Assembly: GCF_964194025.1 (NCBI RefSeq)
Contig: NW_027451295.1
Coordinates: 1-64,000 of the forward strand
Origin: Convolutriloba macropyga
Taxonomy: Eukaryota
DNA: 64,000 nt
Direction: 5' to 3'
The notes under the pieces are model-generated. The model made no database searches, was not told the origin of the DNA, and saw nothing but the letters and a program-made list of their open reading frames with translations. A program made the position numbers and the translations under genes. Every line of letters starts with the position of its first letter. Positions within the stretch are counted from its first letter, which is position 1. Positions 34,814 through 46,634 of the stretch are shown here, piece by piece.

Positions 34814-35866
34814 ATGGGGCGTGCTGCTGAGGATCTAGCATGGCGCTGGAAGCTTGTTCTTGAGTATGAGCGAGTGGGAAACTACTCTAAAGTCGCACAA
34901 CGCCTACTATGCGATGCGAGAGTCGTGAAAAAGTGGGTGCTTCGCTATAAGGAGACTGGTGATGTGCAAGACAAGGACAGGTCTGGCAGACCCAGTGCAG
35001 GGTTGTCAAGGCCTGAGGTGCAGGAACTGCTGAAAGCAGGCATAGAGGATGGGCTGAAGTGTCCACAACTATCCAACAAGCTGAAGAAGGATATGGGAAT
35101 CTCTGTGAGCAAGGAAACTGTGAGGTTGCATCTACATGCCAACTTGGGGCGGCCGCTTCGTCCACGAAAAAAGCCCCAGCTGACAGACAGCCACAAGGCC
35201 AAGCGCTTGGCTTTCTGTTTGCAGTGGGTGAACAGGGATTGGTCAAATGTGGCTGTGTCAGACTCTAAGATCTTTTGGCTCAGTCGAAAGGGCATTGGCA
35301 ACAAGGTATGGGTGTTGTATGGGGCTGAACCACCTGTGGAGGCTGCGTACAGAGACTGCACCAAAGTTCATGCTTATGCAGCTGTCACCAGGTGGGGCAA
35401 AACTCCACTGTTCTTCACTGCAGGCACCACAGGAATTAAATTCCCATCTAAGGGAGTAGGTGCTCAGTTATACCTTCAACTATTGGAGCAGCAGTTGGTT
35501 CCAGCCATAAGGGAGCTCATGAAGCAATGCAACGGCGTTCAAAGGGGGCGCCCCTGGATATTTCAGCAAGATGGGGCCCCAGCCCATAGGGCCAAGGTCA
35601 CCAAGGCATGGCTAGCACAACAACCTGGCTTCACAGTGATGGAATGGCCCCCTAACAGCCCAGACTTGAGCTGGATTGAAAACCTATGGAGCGTGGTAGC
35701 TAAGCAACTTCACAAAAGGACAGATTTGACACCTCAAAATTTCGCTCAAGCAGTGATTGAAGAGTGGGATAGGATCCCTAGCAACACCTACATGGCATTG
35801 TACAATTCCATTCAGCGAAGGCTGAGGTCTTGTATTGAGAACAATGGAGGGCATACAAAATACTAG
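34814..35866 (+). CDS. Tc1-like DD35E transposase, copy 5
   Basis: Translation identical to copy 1. Confidence 0.93.
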   Translation: MGRAAEDLAWRWKLVLEYERVGNYSKVAQRLLCDARVVKKWVLRYKETGDVQDKDRSGRPSAGLSRPEVQELLKAGIEDGLKCPQLSNKLKKDMGISVSKETVRLHLHANLGRPLRPRKKPQLTDSHKAKRLAFCLQWVNRDWSNVAVSDSKIFWLSRKGIGNKVWVLYGAEPPVEAAYRDCTKVHAYAAVTRWGKTPLFFTAGTTGIKFPSKGVGAQLYLQLLEQQLVPAIRELMKQCNGVQRGRPWIFQQDGAPAHRAKVTKAWLAQQPGFTVMEWPPNSPDLSWIENLWSVVAKQLHKRTDLTPQNFAQAVIEEWDRIPSNTYMALYNSIQRRLRSCIENNGGHTKY

Positions 35867-36121
35867 GTTGGAAGCATAGCTACCATGATTTTGATGTAAA
35901 TCTATCAACCTCAGTCAAAAACATGAATCACACAGTGGGTGCGAGGGTTGGCCTAGGTTTTCAGACCCTTTCTAGGTTTTTACTCCAAGGGGACGCCTCA
36001 TGTAGTCGGCGCCGCCATTCCACGCTGATGTGCACTCAAAATATCATTGTTATCCTTCCACCAGTGCCACTTTGTTTGCACGCACAGTTCTCCCGTAAGA
36101 ATTTCAGTCTCTACGTACACA

Positions 36122-37174
36122 ATGGGGCGTGCTGCTGAGGATCTAGCATGGCGCTGGAAGCTTGTTCTTGAGTATGAGCGAGTGGGAAACTACTCTAAAG
36201 TCGCACAACGCCTACTATGCGATGCGAGAGTCGTGAAAAAGTGGGTGCTTCGCTATAAGGAGACTGGTGATGTGCAAGACAAGGACAGGTCTGGCAGACC
36301 CAGTGCAGGGTTGTCAAGGCCTGAGGTGCAGGAACTGCTGAAAGCAGGCATAGAGGATGGGCTGAAGTGTCCACAACTATCCAACAAGCTGAAGAAGGAT
36401 ATGGGAATCTCTGTGAGCAAGGAAACTGTGAGGTTGCATCTACATGCCAACTTGGGGCGGCCGCTTCGTCCACGAAAAAAGCCCCAGCTGACAGACAGCC
36501 ACAAGGCCAAGCGCTTGGCTTTCTGTTTGCAGTGGGTGAACAGGGATTGGTCAAATGTGGCTGTGTCAGACTCTAAGATCTTTTGGCTCAGTCGAAAGGG
36601 CATTGGCAACAAGGTATGGGTGTTGTATGGGGCTGAACCACCTGTGGAGGCTGCGTACAGAGACTGCACCAAAGTTCATGCTTATGCAGCTGTCACCAGG
36701 TGGGGCAAAACTCCACTGTTCTTCACTGCAGGCACCACAGGAATTAAATTCCCATCTAAGGGAGTAGGTGCTCAGTTATACCTTCAACTATTGGAGCAGC
36801 AGTTGGTTCCAGCCATAAGGGAGCTCATGAAGCAATGCAACGGCGTTCAAAGGGGGCGCCCCTGGATATTTCAGCAAGATGGGGCCCCAGCCCATAGGGC
36901 CAAGGTCACCAAGGCATGGCTAGCACAACAACCTGGCTTCACAGTGATGGAATGGCCCCCTAACAGCCCAGACTTGAGCTGGATTGAAAACCTATGGAGC
37001 GTGGTAGCTAAGCAACTTCACAAAAGGACAGATTTGACACCTCAAAATTTCGCTCAAGCAGTGATTGAAGAGTGGGATAGGATCCCTAGCAACACCTACA
37101 TGGCATTGTACAATTCCATTCAGCGAAGGCTGAGGTCTTGTATTGAGAACAATGGAGGGCATACAAAATACTAG
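36122..37174 (+). CDS. Tc1-like DD35E transposase, copy 6
   Basis: Translation identical to copy 1. Confidence 0.93.
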   Translation: MGRAAEDLAWRWKLVLEYERVGNYSKVAQRLLCDARVVKKWVLRYKETGDVQDKDRSGRPSAGLSRPEVQELLKAGIEDGLKCPQLSNKLKKDMGISVSKETVRLHLHANLGRPLRPRKKPQLTDSHKAKRLAFCLQWVNRDWSNVAVSDSKIFWLSRKGIGNKVWVLYGAEPPVEAAYRDCTKVHAYAAVTRWGKTPLFFTAGTTGIKFPSKGVGAQLYLQLLEQQLVPAIRELMKQCNGVQRGRPWIFQQDGAPAHRAKVTKAWLAQQPGFTVMEWPPNSPDLSWIENLWSVVAKQLHKRTDLTPQNFAQAVIEEWDRIPSNTYMALYNSIQRRLRSCIENNGGHTKY

Positions 37175-37429
37175 GTTGGAAGCATAGCTACCATGATTTT
37201 GATGTAAATCTATCAACCTCAGTCAAAAACATGAATCACACAGTGGGTGCGAGGGTTGGCCTAGGTTTTCAGACCCTTTCTAGGTTTTTACTCCAAGGGG
37301 ACGCCTCATGTAGTCGGCGCCGCCATTCCACGCTGATGTGCACTCAAAATATCATTGTTATCCTTCCACCAGTGCCACTTTGTTTGCACGCACAGTTCTC
37401 CCGTAAGAATTTCAGTCTCTACGTACACA

Positions 37430-38482
37430 ATGGGGCGTGCTGCTGAGGATCTAGCATGGCGCTGGAAGCTTGTTCTTGAGTATGAGCGAGTGGGAAACTA
37501 CTCTAAAGTCGCACAACGCCTACTATGCGATGCGAGAGTCGTGAAAAAGTGGGTGCTTCGCTATAAGGAGACTGGTGATGTGCAAGACAAGGACAGGTCT
37601 GGCAGACCCAGTGCAGGGTTGTCAAGGCCTGAGGTGCAGGAACTGCTGAAAGCAGGCATAGAGGATGGGCTGAAGTGTCCACAACTATCCAACAAGCTGA
37701 AGAAGGATATGGGAATCTCTGTGAGCAAGGAAACTGTGAGGTTGCATCTACATGCCAACTTGGGGCGGCCGCTTCGTCCACGAAAAAAGCCCCAGCTGAC
37801 AGACAGCCACAAGGCCAAGCGCTTGGCTTTCTGTTTGCAGTGGGTGAACAGGGATTGGTCAAATGTGGCTGTGTCAGACTCTAAGATCTTTTGGCTCAGT
37901 CGAAAGGGCATTGGCAACAAGGTATGGGTGTTGTATGGGGCTGAACCACCTGTGGAGGCTGCGTACAGAGACTGCACCAAAGTTCATGCTTATGCAGCTG
38001 TCACCAGGTGGGGCAAAACTCCACTGTTCTTCACTGCAGGCACCACAGGAATTAAATTCCCATCTAAGGGAGTAGGTGCTCAGTTATACCTTCAACTATT
38101 GGAGCAGCAGTTGGTTCCAGCCATAAGGGAGCTCATGAAGCAATGCAACGGCGTTCAAAGGGGGCGCCCCTGGATATTTCAGCAAGATGGGGCCCCAGCC
38201 CATAGGGCCAAGGTCACCAAGGCATGGCTAGCACAACAACCTGGCTTCACAGTGATGGAATGGCCCCCTAACAGCCCAGACTTGAGCTGGATTGAAAACC
38301 TATGGAGCGTGGTAGCTAAGCAACTTCACAAAAGGACAGATTTGACACCTCAAAATTTCGCTCAAGCAGTGATTGAAGAGTGGGATAGGATCCCTAGCAA
38401 CACCTACATGGCATTGTACAATTCCATTCAGCGAAGGCTGAGGTCTTGTATTGAGAACAATGGAGGGCATACAAAATACTAG
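37430..38482 (+). CDS. Tc1-like DD35E transposase, copy 7
   Basis: Translation identical to copy 1. Confidence 0.93.
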   Translation: MGRAAEDLAWRWKLVLEYERVGNYSKVAQRLLCDARVVKKWVLRYKETGDVQDKDRSGRPSAGLSRPEVQELLKAGIEDGLKCPQLSNKLKKDMGISVSKETVRLHLHANLGRPLRPRKKPQLTDSHKAKRLAFCLQWVNRDWSNVAVSDSKIFWLSRKGIGNKVWVLYGAEPPVEAAYRDCTKVHAYAAVTRWGKTPLFFTAGTTGIKFPSKGVGAQLYLQLLEQQLVPAIRELMKQCNGVQRGRPWIFQQDGAPAHRAKVTKAWLAQQPGFTVMEWPPNSPDLSWIENLWSVVAKQLHKRTDLTPQNFAQAVIEEWDRIPSNTYMALYNSIQRRLRSCIENNGGHTKY

Positions 38483-38737
38483 GTTGGAAGCATAGCTACC
38501 ATGATTTTGATGTAAATCTATCAACCTCAGTCAAAAACATGAATCACACTGTGGGTGCGAGGGTTGGCCTAGGTTTTCAGACCCTTTCTAGGTTTTTACT
38601 CCAAGGGGACGCCTCATGTAGTCGGCGCCGCCATTCCACGCTGATGTGCACTCAAAATATCATTGTTATCCTTCCACCAGTGCCACTTTGTTTGCACGCA
38701 CAGTTCTCCCGTAAGAATTTCAGTCTCTACGTACACA

Positions 38738-39790
38738 ATGGGGCGTGCTGCTGAGGATCTAGCATGGCGCTGGAAGCTTGTTCTTGAGTATGAGCGAGTG
38801 GGAAACTACTCTAAAGTCGCACAACGCCTACTATGCGATGCGAGAGTCGTGAAAAAGTGGGTGCTTCGCTATAAGGAGACTGGTGATGTGCAAGACAAGG
38901 ACAGGTCTGGCAGACCCAGTGCAGGGTTGTCAAGGCCTGAGGTGCAGGAACTGCTGAAAGCAGGCATAGAGGATGGGCTGAAGTGTCCACAACTATCCAA
39001 CAAGCTGAAGAAGGATATGGGAATCTCTGTGAGCAAGGAAACTGTGAGGTTGCATCTACATGCCAACTTGGGGCGGCCGCTTCGTCCACGAAAAAAGCCC
39101 CAGCTGACAGACAGCCACAAGGCCAAGCGCTTGGCTTTCTGTTTGCAGTGGGTGAACAGGGATTGGTCAAATGTGGCTGTGTCAGACTCTAAGATCTTTT
39201 GGCTCAGTCGAAAGGGCATTGGCAACAAGGTATGGGTGTTGTATGGGGCTGAACCACCTGTGGAGGCTGCGTACAGAGACTGCACCAAAGTTCATGCTTA
39301 TGCAGCTGTCACCAGGTGGGGCAAAACTCCACTGTTCTTCACTGCAGGCACCACAGGAATTAAATTCCCATCTAAGGGAGTAGGTGCTCAGTTATACCTT
39401 CAACTATTGGAGCAGCAGTTGGTTCCAGCCATAAGGGAGCTCATGAAGCAATGCAACGGCGTTCAAAGGGGGCGCCCCTGGATATTTCAGCAAGATGGGG
39501 CCCCAGCCCATAGGGCCAAGGTCACCAAGGCATGGCTAGCACAACAACCTGGCTTCACAGTGATGGAATGGCCCCCTAACAGCCCAGACTTGAGCTGGAT
39601 TGAAAACCTATGGAGCGTGGTAGCTAAGCAACTTCACAAAAGGACAGATTTGACACCTCAAAATTTCGCTCAAGCAGTGATTGAAGAGTGGGATAGGATC
39701 CCTAGCAACACCTACATGGCATTGTACAATTCCATTCAGCGAAGGCTGAGGTCTTGTATTGAGAACAATGGAGGGCATACAAAATACTAG
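38738..39790 (+). CDS. Tc1-like DD35E transposase, copy 8
   Basis: Translation identical to copy 1. Confidence 0.93.
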   Translation: MGRAAEDLAWRWKLVLEYERVGNYSKVAQRLLCDARVVKKWVLRYKETGDVQDKDRSGRPSAGLSRPEVQELLKAGIEDGLKCPQLSNKLKKDMGISVSKETVRLHLHANLGRPLRPRKKPQLTDSHKAKRLAFCLQWVNRDWSNVAVSDSKIFWLSRKGIGNKVWVLYGAEPPVEAAYRDCTKVHAYAAVTRWGKTPLFFTAGTTGIKFPSKGVGAQLYLQLLEQQLVPAIRELMKQCNGVQRGRPWIFQQDGAPAHRAKVTKAWLAQQPGFTVMEWPPNSPDLSWIENLWSVVAKQLHKRTDLTPQNFAQAVIEEWDRIPSNTYMALYNSIQRRLRSCIENNGGHTKY

Positions 39791-40045
39791 GTTGGAAGCA
39801 TAGCTACCATGATTTTGATGTAAATCTATCAACCTCAGTCAAAAACATGAATCACACTGTGGGTGCGAGGGTTGGCCTAGGTTTTCAGACCCTTTCTAGG
39901 TTTTTACTCCAAGGGGACGCCTCATGTAGTCGGCGCCGCCATTCCACGCTGATGTGCACTCAAAATATCATTGTTATCCTTCCACCAGTGCCACTTTGTT
40001 TGCACGCACAGTTCTCCCGTAAGAATTTCAGTCTCTACGTACACA

Positions 40046-41098
40046 ATGGGGCGTGCTGCTGAGGATCTAGCATGGCGCTGGAAGCTTGTTCTTGAGTATG
40101 AGCGAGTGGGAAACTACTCTAAAGTCGCACAACGCCTACTATGCGATGCGAGAGTCGTGAAAAAGTGGGTGCTTCGCTATAAGGAGACTGGTGATGTGCA
40201 AGACAAGGACAGGTCTGGCAGACCCAGTGCAGGGTTGTCAAGGCCTGAGGTGCAGGAACTGCTGAAAGCAGGCATAGAGGATGGGCTGAAGTGTCCACAA
40301 CTATCCAACAAGCTGAAGAAGGATATGGGAATCTCTGTGAGCAAGGAAACTGTGAGGTTGCATCTACATGCCAACTTGGGGCGGCCGCTTCGTCCACGAA
40401 AAAAGCCCCAGCTGACAGACAGCCACAAGGCCAAGCGCTTGGCTTTCTGTTTGCAGTGGGTGAACAGGGATTGGTCAAATGTGGCTGTGTCAGACTCTAA
40501 GATCTTTTGGCTCAGTCGAAAGGGCATTGGCAACAAGGTATGGGTGTTGTATGGGGCTGAACCACCTGTGGAGGCTGCGTACAGAGACTGCACCAAAGTT
40601 CATGCTTATGCAGCTGTCACCAGGTGGGGCAAAACTCCACTGTTCTTCACTGCAGGCACCACAGGAATTAAATTCCCATCTAAGGGAGTAGGTGCTCAGT
40701 TATACCTTCAACTATTGGAGCAGCAGTTGGTTCCAGCCATAAGGGAGCTCATGAAGCAATGCAACGGCGTTCAAAGGGGGCGCCCCTGGATATTTCAGCA
40801 AGATGGGGCCCCAGCCCATAGGGCCAAGGTCACCAAGGCATGGCTAGCACAACAACCTGGCTTCACAGTGATGGAATGGCCCCCTAACAGCCCAGACTTG
40901 AGCTGGATTGAAAACCTATGGAGCGTGGTAGCTAAGCAACTTCACAAAAGGACAGATTTGACACCTCAAAATTTCGCTCAAGCAGTGATTGAAGAGTGGG
41001 ATAGGATCCCTAGCAACACCTACATGGCATTGTACAATTCCATTCAGCGAAGGCTGAGGTCTTGTATTGAGAACAATGGAGGGCATACAAAATACTAG
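40046..41098 (+). CDS. Tc1-like DD35E transposase, copy 9
   Basis: Translation identical to copy 1. Confidence 0.93.
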   Translation: MGRAAEDLAWRWKLVLEYERVGNYSKVAQRLLCDARVVKKWVLRYKETGDVQDKDRSGRPSAGLSRPEVQELLKAGIEDGLKCPQLSNKLKKDMGISVSKETVRLHLHANLGRPLRPRKKPQLTDSHKAKRLAFCLQWVNRDWSNVAVSDSKIFWLSRKGIGNKVWVLYGAEPPVEAAYRDCTKVHAYAAVTRWGKTPLFFTAGTTGIKFPSKGVGAQLYLQLLEQQLVPAIRELMKQCNGVQRGRPWIFQQDGAPAHRAKVTKAWLAQQPGFTVMEWPPNSPDLSWIENLWSVVAKQLHKRTDLTPQNFAQAVIEEWDRIPSNTYMALYNSIQRRLRSCIENNGGHTKY

Positions 41099-41353
41099 GT
41101 TGGAAGCATAGCTACCATGATTTTGATGTAAATCTATCAACCTCAGTCAAAAACATGAATCACACAGTGGGTGCGAGGGTTGGCCTAGGTTTTCAGACCC
41201 TTTCTAGGTTTTTACTCCAAGGGGACGCCTCATGTAGTCGGCGCCGCCATTCCACGCTGATGTGCACTCAAAATATCATTGTTATCCTTCCACCAGTGCC
41301 ACTTTGTTTGCACGCACAGTTCTCCCGTAAGAATTTCAGTCTCTACGTACACA

Positions 41354-42406
41354 ATGGGGCGTGCTGCTGAGGATCTAGCATGGCGCTGGAAGCTTGTTCT
41401 TGAGTATGAGCGAGTGGGAAACTACTCTAAAGTCGCACAACGCCTACTATGCGATGCGAGAGTCGTGAAAAAGTGGGTGCTTCGCTATAAGGAGACTGGT
41501 GATGTGCAAGACAAGGACAGGTCTGGCAGACCCAGTGCAGGGTTGTCAAGGCCTGAGGTGCAGGAACTGCTGAAAGCAGGCATAGAGGATGGGCTGAAGT
41601 GTCCACAACTATCCAACAAGCTGAAGAAGGATATGGGAATCTCTGTGAGCAAGGAAACTGTGAGGTTGCATCTACATGCCAACTTGGGGCGGCCGCTTCG
41701 TCCACGAAAAAAGCCCCAGCTGACAGACAGCCACAAGGCCAAGCGCTTGGCTTTCTGTTTGCAGTGGGTGAACAGGGATTGGTCAAATGTGGCTGTGTCA
41801 GACTCTAAGATCTTTTGGCTCAGTCGAAAGGGCATTGGCAACAAGGTATGGGTGTTGTATGGGGCTGAACCACCTGTGGAGGCTGCGTACAGAGACTGCA
41901 CCAAAGTTCATGCTTATGCAGCTGTCACCAGGTGGGGCAAAACTCCACTGTTCTTCACTGCAGGCACCACAGGAATTAAATTCCCATCTAAGGGAGTAGG
42001 TGCTCAGTTATACCTTCAACTATTGGAGCAGCAGTTGGTTCCAGCCATAAGGGAGCTCATGAAGCAATGCAACGGCGTTCAAAGGGGGCGCCCCTGGATA
42101 TTTCAGCAAGATGGGGCCCCAGCCCATAGGGCCAAGGTCACCAAGGCATGGCTAGCACAACAACCTGGCTTCACAGTGATGGAATGGCCCCCTAACAGCC
42201 CAGACTTGAGCTGGATTGAAAACCTATGGAGCGTGGTAGCTAAGCAACTTCACAAAAGGACAGATTTGACACCTCAAAATTTCGCTCAAGCAGTGATTGA
42301 AGAGTGGGATAGGATCCCTAGCAACACCTACATGGCATTGTACAATTCCATTCAGCGAAGGCTGAGGTCTTGTATTGAGAACAATGGAGGGCATACAAAA
42401 TACTAG
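41354..42406 (+). CDS. Tc1-like DD35E transposase, copy 10
   Basis: Translation identical to copy 1. Confidence 0.93.
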   Translation: MGRAAEDLAWRWKLVLEYERVGNYSKVAQRLLCDARVVKKWVLRYKETGDVQDKDRSGRPSAGLSRPEVQELLKAGIEDGLKCPQLSNKLKKDMGISVSKETVRLHLHANLGRPLRPRKKPQLTDSHKAKRLAFCLQWVNRDWSNVAVSDSKIFWLSRKGIGNKVWVLYGAEPPVEAAYRDCTKVHAYAAVTRWGKTPLFFTAGTTGIKFPSKGVGAQLYLQLLEQQLVPAIRELMKQCNGVQRGRPWIFQQDGAPAHRAKVTKAWLAQQPGFTVMEWPPNSPDLSWIENLWSVVAKQLHKRTDLTPQNFAQAVIEEWDRIPSNTYMALYNSIQRRLRSCIENNGGHTKY

Positions 42407-42661
42407 GTTGGAAGCATAGCTACCATGATTTTGATGTAAATCTATCAACCTCAGTCAAAAACATGAATCACACAGTGGGTGCGAGGGTTGGCCTAGGTTT
42501 TCAGACCCTTTCTAGGTTTTTACTCCAAGGGGACGCCTCATGTAGTCGGCGCCGCCATTCCACGCTGATGTGCACTCAAAATATCATTGTTATCCTTCCA
42601 CCAGTGCCACTTTGTTTGCACGCACAGTTCTCCCGTAAGAATTTCAGTCTCTACGTACACA

Positions 42662-43714
42662 ATGGGGCGTGCTGCTGAGGATCTAGCATGGCGCTGGAAG
42701 CTTGTTCTTGAGTATGAGCGAGTGGGAAACTACTCTAAAGTCGCACAACGCCTACTATGCGATGCGAGAGTCGTGAAAAAGTGGGTGCTTCGCTATAAGG
42801 AGACTGGTGATGTGCAAGACAAGGACAGGTCTGGCAGACCCAGTGCAGGGTTGTCAAGGCCTGAGGTGCAGGAACTGCTGAAAGCAGGCATAGAGGATGG
42901 GCTGAAGTGTCCACAACTATCCAACAAGCTGAAGAAGGATATGGGAATCTCTGTGAGCAAGGAAACTGTGAGGTTGCATCTACATGCCAACTTGGGGCGG
43001 CCGCTTCGTCCACGAAAAAAGCCCCAGCTGACAGACAGCCACAAGGCCAAGCGCTTGGCTTTCTGTTTGCAGTGGGTGAACAGGGATTGGTCAAATGTGG
43101 CTGTGTCAGACTCTAAGATCTTTTGGCTCAGTCGAAAGGGCATTGGCAACAAGGTATGGGTGTTGTATGGGGCTGAACCACCTGTGGAGGCTGCGTACAG
43201 AGACTGCACCAAAGTTCATGCTTATGCAGCTGTCACCAGGTGGGGCAAAACTCCACTGTTCTTCACTGCAGGCACCACAGGAATTAAATTCCCATCTAAG
43301 GGAGTAGGTGCTCAGTTATACCTTCAACTATTGGAGCAGCAGTTGGTTCCAGCCATAAGGGAGCTCATGAAGCAATGCAACGGCGTTCAAAGGGGGCGCC
43401 CCTGGATATTTCAGCAAGATGGGGCCCCAGCCCATAGGGCCAAGGTCACCAAGGCATGGCTAGCACAACAACCTGGCTTCACAGTGATGGAATGGCCCCC
43501 TAACAGCCCAGACTTGAGCTGGATTGAAAACCTATGGAGCGTGGTAGCTAAGCAACTTCACAAAAGGACAGATTTGACACCTCAAAATTTCGCTCAAGCA
43601 GTGATTGAAGAGTGGGATAGGATCCCTAGCAACACCTACATGGCATTGTACAATTCCATTCAGCGAAGGCTGAGGTCTTGTATTGAGAACAATGGAGGGC
43701 ATACAAAATACTAG
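42662..43714 (+). CDS. Tc1-like DD35E transposase, copy 11
   Basis: Translation identical to copy 1. Confidence 0.93.
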   Translation: MGRAAEDLAWRWKLVLEYERVGNYSKVAQRLLCDARVVKKWVLRYKETGDVQDKDRSGRPSAGLSRPEVQELLKAGIEDGLKCPQLSNKLKKDMGISVSKETVRLHLHANLGRPLRPRKKPQLTDSHKAKRLAFCLQWVNRDWSNVAVSDSKIFWLSRKGIGNKVWVLYGAEPPVEAAYRDCTKVHAYAAVTRWGKTPLFFTAGTTGIKFPSKGVGAQLYLQLLEQQLVPAIRELMKQCNGVQRGRPWIFQQDGAPAHRAKVTKAWLAQQPGFTVMEWPPNSPDLSWIENLWSVVAKQLHKRTDLTPQNFAQAVIEEWDRIPSNTYMALYNSIQRRLRSCIENNGGHTKY

Positions 43715-43780
43715 GTTGGAAGCATAGCTACCATGATTTTGATGTAAATCTATCAACCTCAGTCAAAAACATGAATCACA

Positions 43781-45140
43781 CACTACTCCAATAAAGTTCA
43801 TGCAGTATGGATTTTGCAGGGTTAATGGCCACTAAGGGGCATGATGTTCAAAACATCCCCCCAAAGGCTCCTTATGTATGTCTTGCATGAGGCTATGGGG
43901 TATAGGGGCTGTGCATTGGCTATTTGGCTGCAGTAGTGACTGTAAACCAGGGGGTCCTTGAATGTGTTGCATGGAGCTAGACCTCGTTTTTGCCCAAAAC
44001 AAGGCCATTTTCGTGGCCATAGAGCACTTGGGAGGGATGGAGCATGGGAGGGATAACGGGATGGCAGTAATTGCTTGCTTTTGCGCTAGTTGTCCACCAA
44101 GGGACATGCCTAGAAACCATGTGGCCTAGCACCTATGGCAATTACATGTTGGTGTCAGAGGTTTCAGAACTGATGGGGATGAGGGCAGGCCAATGTGGTG
44201 CCTATGGTGGGACCCTATTTCGCGACCCATACCCTAATGAACCTGATTAGGGTGACAATAGGGCCCCACAGTCATCCGTATGAGGCCCTATGAGTATCAC
44301 AGGGTGATTCCAAACCCTTAGGGTTAGGGAGAGATTTAGCCAAAACTGAGCAAAACATGCCAAATTGAGGTTCCCAGCAATTGACATGGGCCATAGAGGG
44401 TCAAGAGCTCAAAGATAGCCAAACCTTCGAATAGAGAAGTTGTGAAGCTATGAATTTTACCCCACATGAAGGGGTAGCTCGCCCACCATGGCCTTGGCAT
44501 GACTCTGCTATGGGGGCCTAGAGACAGTACAATTGAAAGTGCCAAAAACAGAAAATTGGCTGTACAGGCCCAGGGAGGCCTCAGATGGCGATTTTGACCG
44601 ATTTTTTGAGGCATGTGCGTAAACTAAGTTGAAAACTTATGTTTACTTGGGCTTCCCCGCACCCTATGCCACTTTCGGGGCCCCCGTCCGAGCTCTCGTG
44701 GCGAAGATAGCTCTCGGCCGCCCCCCTAAATCCCCTCAAATGCGCCCATCAAACTGGCTGCCCACAACATCCCACGTCCCTCTACCCCATGTCTTCCACA
44801 CTCATTTTTGTGTTCTCTTGGCCATGGAACCTTCACATCTTGAGGTGTGTCGCCGATTTATGGAGTTACTACCATGCCAGAGTCGCCCAAGCCCTGGCAC
44901 AGCCATGTACTACCTAGGTACTGTGAAAGCCAAGTACTGTAACCACCTCAGGTACCTAATACATCACATCATTTAACAACTCAAATCAAGGATTATGAAC
45001 CTGAAATCATGTGAGCTGTAAGCCCTAGGGATAATGTCCACGTGACCTGGATAGGGTCTCAACCCTATCAATGTAAACCCTACAATACCACAATGACCAA
45101 AATGCCCAAAAACACATGCATGAACTTTTTTGGATTAGTG
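43781..45140. mobile_element. Module A copy 3
   Basis: Same as A1; flanked CA|...|TG. Confidence 0.9.
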
Positions 45141-45326
45141 TGGGTGCGAGGGTTGGCCTAGGTTTTCAGACCCTTTCTAGGTTTTTACTCCAAGGGGACG
45201 CCTCATGTAGTCGGCGCCGCCATTCCACGCTGATGTGCACTCAAAATATCATTGTTATCCTTCCACCAGTGCCACTTTGTTTGCACGCACAGTTCTCCCG
45301 TAAGAATTTCAGTCTCTACGTACACA

Positions 45327-46379
45327 ATGGGGCGTGCTGCTGAGGATCTAGCATGGCGCTGGAAGCTTGTTCTTGAGTATGAGCGAGTGGGAAACTACTC
45401 TAAAGTCGCACAACGCCTACTATGCGATGCGAGAGTCGTGAAAAAGTGGGTGCTTCGCTATAAGGAGACTGGTGATGTGCAAGACAAGGACAGGTCTGGC
45501 AGACCCAGTGCAGGGTTGTCAAGGCCTGAGGTGCAGGAACTGCTGAAAGCAGGCATAGAGGATGGGCTGAAGTGTCCACAACTATCCAACAAGCTGAAGA
45601 AGGATATGGGAATCTCTGTGAGCAAGGAAACTGTGAGGTTGCATCTACATGCCAACTTGGGGCGGCCGCTTCGTCCACGAAAAAAGCCCCAGCTGACAGA
45701 CAGCCACAAGGCCAAGCGCTTGGCTTTCTGTTTGCAGTGGGTGAACAGGGATTGGTCAAATGTGGCTGTGTCAGACTCTAAGATCTTTTGGCTCAGTCGA
45801 AAGGGCATTGGCAACAAGGTATGGGTGTTGTATGGGGCTGAACCACCTGTGGAGGCTGCGTACAGAGACTGCACCAAAGTTCATGCTTATGCAGCTGTCA
45901 CCAGGTGGGGCAAAACTCCACTGTTCTTCACTGCAGGCACCACAGGAATTAAATTCCCATCTAAGGGAGTAGGTGCTCAGTTATACCTTCAACTATTGGA
46001 GCAGCAGTTGGTTCCAGCCATAAGGGAGCTCATGAAGCAATGCAACGGCGTTCAAAGGGGGCGCCCCTGGATATTTCAGCAAGATGGGGCCCCAGCCCAT
46101 AGGGCCAAGGTCACCAAGGCATGGCTAGCACAACAACCTGGCTTCACAGTGATGGAATGGCCCCCTAACAGCCCAGACTTGAGCTGGATTGAAAACCTAT
46201 GGAGCGTGGTAGCTAAGCAACTTCACAAAAGGACAGATTTGACACCTCAAAATTTCGCTCAAGCAGTGATTGAAGAGTGGGATAGGATCCCTAGCAACAC
46301 CTACATGGCATTGTACAATTCCATTCAGCGAAGGCTGAGGTCTTGTATTGAGAACAATGGAGGGCATACAAAATACTAG
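45327..46379 (+). CDS. Tc1-like DD35E transposase, copy 12
   Basis: Translation identical to copy 1. Confidence 0.93.
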   Translation: MGRAAEDLAWRWKLVLEYERVGNYSKVAQRLLCDARVVKKWVLRYKETGDVQDKDRSGRPSAGLSRPEVQELLKAGIEDGLKCPQLSNKLKKDMGISVSKETVRLHLHANLGRPLRPRKKPQLTDSHKAKRLAFCLQWVNRDWSNVAVSDSKIFWLSRKGIGNKVWVLYGAEPPVEAAYRDCTKVHAYAAVTRWGKTPLFFTAGTTGIKFPSKGVGAQLYLQLLEQQLVPAIRELMKQCNGVQRGRPWIFQQDGAPAHRAKVTKAWLAQQPGFTVMEWPPNSPDLSWIENLWSVVAKQLHKRTDLTPQNFAQAVIEEWDRIPSNTYMALYNSIQRRLRSCIENNGGHTKY

Positions 46380-46634
46380 GTTGGAAGCATAGCTACCATG
46401 ATTTTGATGTAAATCTATCAACCTCAGTCAAAAACATGAATCACACTGTGGGTGCGAGGGTTGGCCTAGGTTTTCAGACCCTTTCTAGGTTTTTACTCCA
46501 AGGGGACGCCTCATGTAGTCGGCGCCGCCATTCCACGCTGATGTGCACTCAAAATATCATTGTTATCCTTCCACCAGTGCCACTTTGTTTGCACGCACAG
46601 TTCTCCCGTAAGAATTTCAGTCTCTACGTACACA